Positions 52,163 through 63,190 of a DNA stretch of 64,000 nt are shown in pieces. The DNA comes from Octopus sinensis (Eukaryota). The position numbers were made by a program, and so were the translations under genes. Each line of letters starts with the position of its first letter. Within the stretch, counting starts at the first letter, position 1. The DNA is taken from positions 91,698,001 through 91,762,000 of the forward strand of contig NC_043003.1 in assembly GCF_006345805.1 (NCBI RefSeq), read 5' to 3'. A model generated the notes under the pieces. It saw nothing but the letters and a program-made list of their open reading frames with translations. It had not been told where the DNA came from and did no database searches.

Positions 52163-52254
52163 TTTTATTCATTTCAGTCATTTGACCGTGGCCATGCTGG
52201 AGCACCGCCTTTAGTCGAACAAACCAACCCCAGGACTTATTCTTTCTAAGCCTA

Positions 52255-53094
52255 TCTATCTATCTATCCGCTCAGTCGAAGTCGACTCTCGGTTACTCAT
52301 TGGATCAGTGTCCTCCAGTCAGTTCTGTCCTGGGCCGCATCTTTCAGATTAGCTATGTCCATTCCGGTATCACTCTTGATGGTGTCAAGCCAGCGGGTTC
52401 TTGGTCGGCCTCTTCCTCTCTTGCCACTGACCATTCTGAGCATGATGTCCTTCTCCAGGGATTTTCTCCGCATAATATGACTGAAATATACCAATCTATA
52501 CTTGGTGGTCCCAGCTTCTAGTAACATTTTCGGCCTGATCTGCTTAAGAACTTCTCCATTGGTGAGCCTCGCTGTCCATGGAATCCATAAAAGTCTTCTC
52601 CAACACCAAAGCTCGAATGCATTAATTCTCTTCTGGTCAGCTTTCTTTAGTGTCCAGGTCTCACATCCATATGTTGCTATTGGGAAGACAATTGCATTCA
52701 CCAATCTGCATTTGGTAGTGAGTCTGATGTCTCTACTCTTCCAGACCCTGCTCATGCTGAGCATTGCCTCTCTGCCTAGTACTATCCGCCGTCTTATTTC
52801 TGAAGTGCAGTCACCATCTCGATTTATTTTGGAGCCAAGGAAGATGAAATCATCAACCACTTCGATCTCTTCATTATCGATCTTGATGCTGATGTTTGTT
52901 GTGGCTGCTGTTGACATGATCTTCGTTTTCTTAACATTGAGGTACAGCCCAAATTTCTCACTCTCTTTCTTGACCAGCAGGACAAGATCTTCCAGATCCT
53001 TACTACTCTCCGCCAGCAGGGTTGTATCATCTGTATAGTGAAGGTTATTAATATTTCTTCCTCCAATCCTCACTCCAATGCTGCTAGTACTTAA
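52255..53094 (-). mobile_element. 5'-truncated RTE-BovB-like LINE (258-codon open RT C-terminus) inserted into a SINE
   Basis: GVRIGGRNINNLHYTDDTTLLAES, NVKKTKIM, FIFLGSKI, YGCETWTLKKA, AFELWCWRRLL.IPWTAR, GRPRTRWLD; (ATAG)n tail; 8-bp TSD TAAGCCTA at 52247-52254 and 53095-53102. Confidence 0.92.
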
Positions 53095-53234
53095 TAAGCC
53101 TAGTACTTATTTTATCGGTCTCTTCTGCTAAACTGCTAAGCTGCAGGGACATAAACACACCAACATTGGTTGTCAAGCAATGTTGTGGGGACAAAAACAG
53201 ACACACAAACATATACATATGCATATATATATAC

Positions 53235-53575
53235 ACAATTGCAGCGTGGAAGGTGTTTATAAGCCATTTAAGAAACACACAAACACCGTTAGATTCACTT
53301 CAACATTTAAATTTAATTTGTCAAAATATTTTTGTCGCTTTGAGACCGCGACCTGTTCATTGACAAAACGTCATGCACGAAGTTTTGTCAGTGAACAGGT
53401 CGCAGTCTCAAAGCGACAAAAATATTTTGACAAATTAAATTTAAATGTTGAAGTGAATCTAACGGTGTTTGTGTGTTTCTTAAATGGCTTATAAACACCT
53501 TCCACACTGCAATTGTTTTCATTCCAGCACACGATCTCAGATCAGGTCACTCGCTATGCAAGTACATCTCCGTAA
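53235..53575. mobile_element. Foldback element F1, most complete copy
   Basis: ~135-bp inverted arms around a short spacer near 53370; the right arm extends ~60 bp further; flanked by (TA)n. Confidence 0.85.
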
Positions 53576-54359
53576 TATATATATATATATATACAATGGG
53601 CTTCTTTCTGTTTCCATCTACCAAATCCACTCACAAGGCCAGTAATAGTTAAAATCACTGTCATGCAAGCAAAAAAACATGTCCAGCCAGTGGGAAAATA
53701 TTACCTTACTTGGAAACAGGTGAGGGCTAATGACAGGATGGATGTCAGCCATAGAATATCTGTCTCTATGAATTCTCTTCTGATCTATGCAAGCATGGAA
53801 AAATGGATGCTACAATGATGGCAATGAATACATTCAAAAGAAGTTTTTTAATTAAAACTTTATTGCTAATTTATTCACTTCTTACTTATTTATACCCCAC
53901 TAGTGAGGTGTGTGCTCCACTTTCAGTAACACTGGCCTAGTTCTACCAAATTTTAAAACTTAATATGGAATGTCTTGTCTTTAGACATTTTAGGGTTTCT
54001 AAAAGCACAAAATAAGGATAATTAGGTTAGTTTTTATAAAAACTGAATAGATAATATTCAGTTTGAATTGTTGCTACTCTTACTTTTCTTTTACTCATTT
54101 CACTCAATGCTAAGGCACCATGTTGAAGAGTTTAGTCAGACAAATCAATTTTCCAAACCACTGCCAAGTGGTAGGGAGGAATAAACACAAAGACACACAA
54201 CACAAATGATGGGCTTCCACACAGTTTCCACCTACCAAATTCACTCATAGATGGCATTGGTAATAAATAGAAGACACTTGCTCAAGGTGCCATGCGAAAC
54301 TATGTGGTTGCGAATGACATTTCTCAAACCACACAGCCATACCTTAGTGGGGAGGGGAG

Positions 54360-56060
54360 ACTTTGCAAAGAAGAAAATTCCAGCTTAATAGAATTTTGTT
54401 TCGAGAACTGAGAATTGGAATAAAATGTTTAGGACCTTCGGCAGAGGTGACTCAGAGAAGAGGGGAGAGAGGTAGACGTGGGTTTACGTGGGAAAATATT
54501 TTATCGGCAAGTTCGGGTTGTAGGGAATACTGTAAATCAATTAGCTGTCTTAGCACAAGGCAAGGAATCATAATAGAAGTATAAATATATGCCTATGTAT
54601 GTGTGGGTGGGGAGCGGTATGAGCGCCGTATATCGGAGTCTATTGTTTAATGAAAGTAATATAAGAATATTGGCGATGGCGGTTGTGGTGGGGGGATATA
54701 TGTCTTGTTCGCTCCTAGCCTCACGTTTTTCTTTATTTGTTCGATTCCGTTTCTGATTCAAGAGGTAGACATGTTAAAGGCCGTGCTAGTTAGAAGTTAA
54801 AAGAAGAAATGAAATTTAATAAAATATTAGGAAGATATTCATAACTTGCAGACGTGACTGAGATGCACGATAAGTCAATGTTTCACTTGGTGCAACATAT
54901 GTGCATGTATGTATGTCAAAATATCTTTCTACTTCCTCGAAGTAGATGTATTTTTCCATCAAGGTTTGATAACACAGATGTTGCCACTGTGTATGTGTGA
55001 TACCTCTGAGCTAGTATGTGTTAATAATCTTTCTTCAAAGGATGTTTACAGTCATTTAATGGTATGAACCTGTGTGGGTATATATACTCAGGTTATGAGT
55101 GTGTTGATATTTAAAAGTTTTACGTATACGCGCGCGTGTGTGTGTGTGCATAACAATGTTTCTTTTTATCTGATTAGATATGCGTGTCTACTCGTCACCG
55201 TTCAAGCATGTGTGTTCCTACAGTTGTGGGTGTGTTTTGTCTCTAACTTCCACTGTGTGTTTGTTTTGCGTTTGTTGAGGAGTGGAACCGTAAATAGCGA
55301 GAAACCGGGGAAAAAGAAAGGAAGAAAGAAAGAAAGTGAGCAAGAAAAAGATGAAGAGGCGGGGACGAGGGGAGGGCAAGTTAAAGGGAAAGTAAGCAAA
55401 GAAGGGAGGGAGAGAGAAAGTGAGCAAGATGAAGAGGGGAAGAGTTAAGCGAAGGCGGGGTGTAAGAGAGAAAAAGAACAAGATGAAGGCGAGAGTGAAC
55501 GAGAAAATGGGGGGGGATAAGGAAAGTGAGAAAGATGAAGAGGGGGGAGTGAGAGAGAAATAAAAATAGTGAAAGAGAAAGATGACAAAAAAGAGGCGAA
55601 CTGAGAAAGAAAGAAAGAGTGAGAGCTTGAGAAGCAGACAGAAGTAAACGTCTGCAAAGCACGTAGAGGATGTCTCTTAACCTTATTTGGTGCAGTAAAT
55701 TCGACAAGCTACTTTTAGTGAGGTCTCAAGTTTCCTCTATCTTAAACTACACAAAAAAAAAAAAAAAAAAAAGACAAAGAGAAACCAGCTGTAAATTTGC
55801 TATCCTTTTCCATTCACAATTCCCTTTATTCTAATATCTCTTACTCTAGTTTTTCTTTTAAACTTCTAAATAGTAGTAAAAGTATGGAACCAAATCAAGC
55901 AGAGAGCAATAAAGGTCGGAGGAATTAGGGAGTAAGACAGTAAATCGACTAAAATGATAAATTGTTTTGACGAGGTACGAAGTCAATATTTGTTGAACTG
56001 ACCCACTATATCGAGAATTTATATTCTTTTTATCGATCGCAGAAGAATCTTTTTTCTTTT
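54360..56060. promoter_or_regulatory. CpG-retaining, TE-free block with long GA-rich tract; candidate promoter/5' UTR region
   Basis: Many intact CpGs compared with decayed flanking TEs; purine tract 55290-55640; no long ORF. Confidence 0.3.
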
Positions 56061-56246
56061 ATCTTTTACTTCTTCCTGTCTTTGGACTGTGGCCATGCTG
56101 AGGGCACTCGTGAAGGATTTAGTCGAACAAATCAATCCCAATACTTATTTTTAAAGTCTGTTACGTATTCTGTGGGTTTCTTTTGCCGAACTGATAATTT
56201 ACGGAGACATAAACAAACCAACATTAGCTGTCAAGGTATGGGTGAG

Positions 56247-56277
<31 letters not shown>

Positions 56278-56334
56278 GCACACACACACACGCACCTTCG
56301 CACACACACACACGCACACACGCGCACGCACACA

Positions 56335-56380
<46 letters not shown>

Positions 56381-56623
56381 AAAAAGGAGATATCTGATGA
56401 ATCCAAATGAATGAGATGAAAGTGTTAATAAAGAATTATCCAAAATTCTGACAATTTTTTTCTTAATATATAAAATCTGTACACCACTTCAAACAATATA
56501 TATATATATATCATCATATTGATAGAAATGGTAAGACAACAAAGGAATGAAAGAGACCTCGATATTATGTAAATAGGGGAATTTATCTGTAAATGTAATA
56601 TGTGACAATTATTCGGTAGCCAA

Positions 56624-56684
56624 GATAAAACTCCGAGTTTCAGATGTCGGGGCAGAAATCCATGCTGCCACCTCTTCAGTTATC
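56624..56684 (-). ncRNA. Type-I hammerhead ribozyme motif (family H2)
   Basis: GATAA-CTGAAGA-GGTG...CATC-T-GAAAC-TCGGA-GTT-TTATC, with a perfect 5-bp stem I. Confidence 0.55.
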
Positions 56685-56905
56685 TGGCCATGAGTGTATA
56701 CTTATAGGCGCATGTACATGGGTGTGTGGGTGCACATGTGTAGGTATGGACATGCGAATACTATGAACATTTTTAGCCCCTTACTTTTACTCCCTCCCCT
56801 CACTTAGAGGTCATTCGAATAGGTCTTTTGTCATAAATACGGTCAATCATACAGTAATTTCCCTTTGTTTAACAGTCATTTTCATAGCATTTTTTCTGAC
56901 GGCTG

Positions 56906-56966
56906 GATAACTGAAGAGATGGTGGCGTGGATTTCCACCCCGACATCTGAAACTCAGAGTTTTATT
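56906..56966 (+). ncRNA. Type-I hammerhead ribozyme motif (family H2)
   Basis: GATAA-CTGAAGA-GATG[GTGG..CCAC]CATC-T-GAAAC-TCAGA-GTT-TTATT. Confidence 0.55.
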
Positions 56967-57075
56967 AAGGCTACCAAATAATTGTCACATATTACATTTA
57001 CAGATTGACCTTGTGTGTACCGTTGGCGATTTTTTTCCCTCTGTCTTCCCTTCTTGGGATCTTTCCTTCTCCTAT

Positions 57076-57110
57076 GTTTCCGACGAAGAGCTCCGCTTGA
57101 AACGTTAAAC
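57076..57110 (+). ncRNA. Minimal hammerhead motif with CCGACGA core variant (family H3)
   Basis: GTTT-CCGACGA-A-GAGC-TCC-GCTT-GAAAC-GTT-AAAC; palindromic ACGT stem III. Confidence 0.65.
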
Positions 57111-57222
57111 CCTCCTGCTTCCCTTCTTTCCTGAGCGTCCAATAATACTATATTTGTTCCACGTCTTCACGTTGTTGTGTTTTTTTTTGTTTTCTTGTTT
57201 GGATTAACTATATATATATATA

Positions 57223-57431
57223 ACGCCATGATAGACCGTTAGCTCCTACACGCATTTTTTCCCTCCTTGTTTCTCTCTTTGTTTCTTTTCTGTGTATCTT
57301 TCTGTCGAAGAGCATAGGCTCAAAATGTAAAAGACTTGTTCTATTTCTATTCCTGAGTGCCATACTAATACATTTGTTTGTTTGTATTCCACCTGCCTTC
57401 GTCTTTTGTTTATTTTCGTAAACCTTCTCGT
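57223..57431 (+). mobile_element. Short (TA)n-embedded element with decayed hammerhead-like motif (family H4) at 57297-57334
   Basis: TCTTT-CTGTCGA-A-GAGC-ATAG-GCTC-AAAAT-GTA-AAAGA: perfect stems I and II; GAAAC eroded at two CpG positions. Confidence 0.5.
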
Positions 57432-58863
57432 TATATATATATATATAACTCAGTTAGAGGTCATGTTAGCCTCATGAAAGGATTGCGTCATCCACGGAAA
57501 TACTAGTTCAATACCTAATATTTTGGGGGGAATTGATTTCTTTAAAATAATAAGTTTGGATATAAACTGTAGTTTATATTCATGGAAAGGAAAAGGAAGA
57601 AAATTGAGATTTTGAAGTTAAGAGTTTACTATCAGCAACAAATCGGTCATTATCCCTTACAGCTGTTTCAATTATACACAATGAAATTAATTAAATGAGC
57701 ATTATCTCTTCAGAGGGAAAAAATATACCCTTAGATGTTATGTACGTTTGTTTGTAGATTTATTACAGTAGATTGAATGATACTGTTTATGATTTGTATT
57801 TTTATTTTGATGAGGGGTTTGAAGGTTGGTTGGAGGTAGGAAAGAATAGGTAAATAGAATTGGAGTAATAAATGAATGAATAAATAGAGATTATAGAGTA
57901 AATTACAATATAAATAAAGTACAATGTAAATAAGGTAAGGAAGTAAAGTACACTTGTAAGTTGTGTATACAGGTGAGAAAGTTTGTCAAAAATAAACAAT
58001 CACATACTCAAAATCTCAAATCTACAAGATAATGCAGAATTAATTCTAATCAAGGTGAATAAATAAGCATTACATTTGATAGAATAATCTGAATGCTAAA
58101 GGGTTAAGTTGCTAGAGGCAGTTATAAACAGCAAGACATATCCATCAATGGGGAAGGCTTTAGGGAGCTATTCCCTACCAAAACTTCCACAGACATAGGA
58201 TTTTTTAGAAAGAAAGCCATTAAAAATATTTTAGAAAATTTCTTTGATACTTCCCTCTCAACCAATAAGGAGACTGGATCAATCAGAGTTCTTGAGGACC
58301 AAATTCTTCTTCACAGTTTCCAAGGCCTCATTGATAATTGGTCGGATTTTGACCTCTTTAACTTCAGTGTCTCAGCATTTGAGAATTTTACATTTCAAGT
58401 TGGTATAATACCTGAATATTCTACCTTATTCTTGCATTGAATAGGCATGCCATGTCAATTACACATTTTCTTCTTATCAACGACTACAGCATCTGACATG
58501 GTTCTGTGTTTTCCTTTGGTTTATATAGGGAAGTCCCATAAACAACCTTACTTCATTGTTTTCAAAGACTTTCTTTTCTGTTCCCCAAAAAATGGCCAAA
58601 ATTCTTTCCTGTGCATGCAAAACTAAGCCTCTTGTGAAGATTTCAGCAAATTATTGCAGTCATCTTATACCTAAACTTTTTATTTGCACATTTTGAGTTA
58701 CCTGTGGGTACTCTGATACAATGTCAGCTATAGTCTCACCTGTATTATTGCATATTGTTTATTTAGATGAACCATCCTGCTTATCTAAATTCACTTGATT
58801 CAATTGTTCCTGTGCTGTCAAAATGATATCCTCAGACTCTTTCTTCAATGTTCTTTTCTTTAA

Positions 58864-59083
58864 CCCTTTCGTTACCAACCTGGCTGAAACTGGCTCCGGG
58901 TCTGTAATACAAATGTCTTGTTTTCATAAGTTTTGAATTAAAATCTTCAACCAAACCTTAGTCACAATTTGTGTTCCTAACACTAGCTTAATGATAACGA
59001 AGTTATTTTACTAAATTCTTAGCTATATTTAAAATTAATTAAAAGAAACACAGCATCTCAAAAGAAATACAATAATGAAAGGG
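58864..59083. mobile_element. piggyBac-like MITE with TTAA TSD
   Basis: TTAA-CCCTTTCG...TGAAAGGG-TTAA; removing it restores the host LINE reading ...WL*LRK(E)TLKKESED. Confidence 0.75.
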
Positions 59084-59629
59084 TTAATCAAAGCCACCTA
59101 TCCTTGTTATCCCTAATCTCTTTTGTCCTTTTGAAAAATTTTTTTCACTGAACTTCTTCCTTCAATGACTGATTTCCTTTTTTCCAAATTTCCTCCTTGG
59201 TTTCTGCCAACTCTGTGAATAGCCCTTCACTTACTACCTTCTTAAGGAGAACATCTTTCATTTCTAGATTAAAACTTAAACATATTTCCTATAGTTCCAC
59301 TGCATTTTCAATAATCCTTACCCCCATTGTTACCACATACTTGTTGAATCATACTTCTTTTACTTCAATTTATTTTGAAAATAAAAAATAATTATACTAA
59401 ATTATTTTTTAATTATTAAGGTAGTATCAAGAATATAAATTAACATAATATTTGGAAGGAAGGTTTTAAACTAGAAGTTTGTATCATAGAACTAGAGTGG
59501 TCTGAGGCAGGTCGGTACTGAAAGGGTTAATACATTTCCTCCGGTTCTTTTTCACTATCAAGTTCACATCTGATTGGAGGTGCATGCTTCTGTGCATTAT
59601 AAGCTGCATCCTCATCTTCCTGTTGATGA

Positions 59630-60005
59630 TGGATGATGATGATGATGATAATGATGATGATCAACCTTCAATTCAGCCTTCCTTTATTCAGTGATTCCTC
59701 CGACTTGCTTTGCTTGATTGCTTTTTGCTTCATGCTCTTGCCTGATGGGACTGGGTCATACCAGGTTAGTGGTCTCAGAGATGACCAGGTCCACCAGTAC
59801 TCTCTACTAATGGTGGTCTTGTACCAGCCTCTCTGGATCCTCCAAGGTGATGTTGAGCTTCTAAGAGATCTTCCAATCATATCTAGCCATCTGGTGTGGG
59901 GCCTACCTCAAGACTTCTTCCAGCCAGCAGCTACTGCATCTGGATGATCTAGTGGGAAATGGAGGATGTGTCCATCCCCCACTAGAACCCCCTGGAATGA
60001 TTCCG
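59630..60005 (-). mobile_element. RTE LINE 3' end
   Basis: AGWKKS.GRPHTRWLDMI motif; (ATC)n tail. Confidence 0.65.
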
Positions 60006-61312
60006 CTCCAAAACCTTATTAGTGATGTTGCCCTCAAGATAATTGCTTGTATGGTATTTTCTGCTTCAATTTGGATATTTAAATCTTCCTTCCATGAAAA
60101 TATTCTTTACTGAGAACTTCCTTAACTTCAATACTTTTGATTTTATCACTTCCCAATATTCCAAGATATGTTTCTTCCTCTTTTAAGGATTTAAGGATTT
60201 TATTCTCACTATCAGATAAATCCATTCCAGTTCATCATCTCCATCATAGGATATTTCTCAATTCTGAATGTCAGCACTAAATATTCTTACAGTATGCATG
60301 AAAGTGATGAGGAAAAAATGCTTTGAGGTATTCTGAGTTTTTTAAGGAACCTTCTGGGTTCATGTCTTGCCAAAGACAACTTTGAAGAACCTTAAGTCAA
60401 CTTTGCCTTTTATCTTTTTGGAGTCTTTAAAATGAAGCAACAGTCAAGTACTGGGGTCAGTACAATTGACTAATCCCTTCTCTCAAAATTGCCATCAAGG
60501 TTCTCATGCCAAGTCTTTTTATTCAGTGAGCTTACTTCAGGGAAAATTCTTCGAAGATACAACTCAAAACAACATAGACCAACTTGAAATAACATTGAAA
60601 GTCACTGGACTCGAGTCTAAATCATTTGTAATACAAGTGCAAGACCATACCAAATGGTGGTGTTCCATCACCATTGGAACCAAAAATCTTCAAAACCATC
60701 AGAAAAGAAAAGGAAGAAATCAAACGACAGGAGAGAAAGTCTCGACAAAATCAACCTCGTCCTCCCCCCAACATTACCAAGCTGTCAATGCCATTGACTC
60801 TTCTATGCAAGATTTGGTCTACTTAATCATGAATGCTGTCACCATAAAGGAAACATTCAGTAAAGGAGAAACTAAATTCTTGGATATGAGATAAAACTGC
60901 TGCCACCGATATATGTGTATGTATGGAAGAATAGAAAACAAAAATCTCAATATTTCAAAATTACATTTTGTTCTCTAGCTATCTCTGTGGCTTAAGTCTA
61001 AACATCATCAATCACATAATCATTATGCAATTAATTATGCATTAATTAGTTAATGATTATGTAATTGATGATACTTGCACCTAAACCATGGGAACAGCTG
61101 TAAAACAAAATGGAAGTTTGAAAGATCATTGATACTTTTGTTTTCCATACTTCTAAACCTTTTGCTCTGAACATTCATTTTAGCTAATTTTAGCTCTATC
61201 CAAATCCATTCCTGCTATGGTTACTGCATCTGTAATAATATATTGCTGTTTAATGACATATTAGAGAATTTTTACGATGCTTAAGTACTAATTCAGTGTA
61301 TATATATATATA

Positions 61313-62176
61313 CAGAGTGCAATGGGTAAATTGTCCCCATTTTATATTTTTAATTTTGCGCACGCACATTATTCATTTTTGATTTTGTTGACTACACAGT
61401 ATAGTAAGGTCAGTTGAGCACTGTCTGTGAGAAACACAACACTATGACACAATTCACTCTGCCAGAAATTTGGAAATGACAAGCTGTACAGCCTAGCATT
61501 TGTGCTGGAAGCTCCACTACATTTCATAGTGTTTGGGTGTCAATCTGAGGACAAGTACCGAGAGTGATAAAAATCAAACATCCAGTCAACATCATGGTGT
61601 TTGGAGTGATCACTAGTGATGGCAACGTTATGTCACCATCCATCTTTCCCCACAGCCTCAGACTCAACACAGAGGCCTACATAAATTGCCTGAAGGAGGT
61701 AGTGCTGCACTGGGTGAAGAGGGGTGTTGCTGGAAGACCCTATGTCTGTCAACAAGACTTTCTGCCATGCCACAACAGCAGGTGAACCCAGTCATGGCTG
61801 ACAGACAATTTCTGCGACCATATTACCCCTAACATCTGGCCACCTAACTCCCCAGACTGCAGCCCCCTTGATTATTATATGTGGGGTGCAGTTGTGTGAG
61901 AGACCAACAAAACTCCTTGTAACATCAAACTGAAGGCAAGAATTATGGCAGCATTCACCAACTTAAACAAGGAGACTGTCCCAGAAGAGATGCAGTAGAT
62001 TCGAAAATCATTTGGAGGCTATGGTAGAAGCCAATGGCAATTTTATTGATTGAATTTACTCTTTAGTATTTCAAGATATTTTAATGTAATTTTGGTAAAA
62101 ATATCTGTTAAAATGAGATGTCGGTGTTATTTTCATTTTTGCATGATTTAAATGACTATGTATTCACTGCAGCCTG
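61313..62176 (+). mobile_element. Internally deleted DD37D (maT-type) Tc1/mariner transposon
   Basis: MVFGVITSDG, YINCLKEVV, QQD...WPPNSPDCSPLDY with 37 residues between the Asp residues; degenerate CAGRGTG TIRs; TA flanks. Confidence 0.85.
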
Positions 62177-62209
62177 TATATATATATATGTATATATGTA
62201 TATGTATAT

Positions 62210-62283
<74 letters not shown>

Positions 62284-62789
62284 TATATATATATAGATAT
62301 ATATATATATATGAACTCTTATGACTTCCATCACTAATAATACACACACACGCACACACACATATGTTATTAGTGATGGAAGCCATAATAGTTCAGAATA
62401 GCATTCTGTATGTCTTACTTAATATGGATATTGTAAGAAACCTACAACACTGCAGTATTTGTTTTGAGAGAACATTTCATGTCTGTATGAGATGATACTT
62501 CTTTGCTTTTTAGCACTATACATCCATATGAGATGCTTTCTCAAGACAAATACTGCACTATTGTGGCTTTCTTACAGTAAATCCATGTTCAGTAAGATAT
62601 ACAGAATGTTATGTATATATACATATATATGTATATAATATCTATATATAGGTGTGTGTGTGAATACACACACACACATATAATGGACTCTCCTGTTGAA
62701 GACCATATATATATATATATATATACGAAGACCATATATATATGAAGACCATATATATATATATATATATGGTCTTCAACACACATATA

Positions 62790-63190
62790 TATTTATGTAT
62801 AACAATAATAATATTAGGGAGTATATCTAAACTTACTTATTTATTTAGTTATTTATTTAACTATTATCATTAACCTGAAGATTGACTATAATTTTAATTC
62901 GAATTTTCAATTGAATTTAAATTTAATTGTAATTCGAATTGAATTATAGCCATGAAACGTACGTAGTGTTTTTACTTATATTATATTTAAGTTTTTTATA
63001 CTTTTTGGTTAGTTATATAAAAAAAAATTTAAAATTCTAATAAATTAAATTATAATTTTATATATATATTATATATTATATTAATTATATTTATTTTTTG
63101 TTTTTTATATTTTGGTTTATGTCTATCACTGTTTGAGTTGCCTAATAGTGGTTTTATCTCTAATTTAATTTATATATATATATATGTATA
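62790..63190 (+). mobile_element. AT-rich element with hammerhead-like motif (family H5) at 62872-62970
   Basis: AC-CTGAAGA-T-[~35-bp AT-rich hairpin]-T-GAAAC-GTAC-GTA-GT; flanked by a 55-65-bp direct duplication. Confidence 0.5.

Larger units (their letters stand above)
56512..57208. mobile_element. (TA)n-embedded non-coding element with 105-bp inverted repeats and three hammerhead motifs
   Basis: IR 56585-56689 / 56901-57005; the distal part matches 51408-51610. Confidence 0.7.
58190..60330 (-). mobile_element. Second, older R4/Dong-like RLE LINE, fragmented by later insertions
   Basis: Frameshifted minus-strand motifs HTVRIFSADI, YLGIL..DKIK, LKKESEDIILTAQEQ, GETIA.IVSE.P, LLWDFPIQT; interrupted by TTAA MITEs and an RTE tail. 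Confidence 0.65.

Noticed and set aside
52502-53038. 178-aa plus-strand ORF
   Set aside because: Antisense shadow of the BovB-like RT ORF.
55074-55707. Lys/Glu-rich and Phe/Ser/Leu-rich ORFs
   Set aside because: Products of the GA/CT low-complexity tract.
56640-56950. Apparent compensatory changes between the two H2 hammerhead hairpins (GCAG/CTGC versus GTGG/CCAC)
   Set aside because: Explained by independent CpG deamination of an ancestral GCGG/CCGC; two events are too few to count as covariation.
60466-60894. 142-aa ORF
   Set aside because: Near-cognate start inside a SINE remnant, no recognisable motifs or gene signals; probably a decayed repeat fragment.
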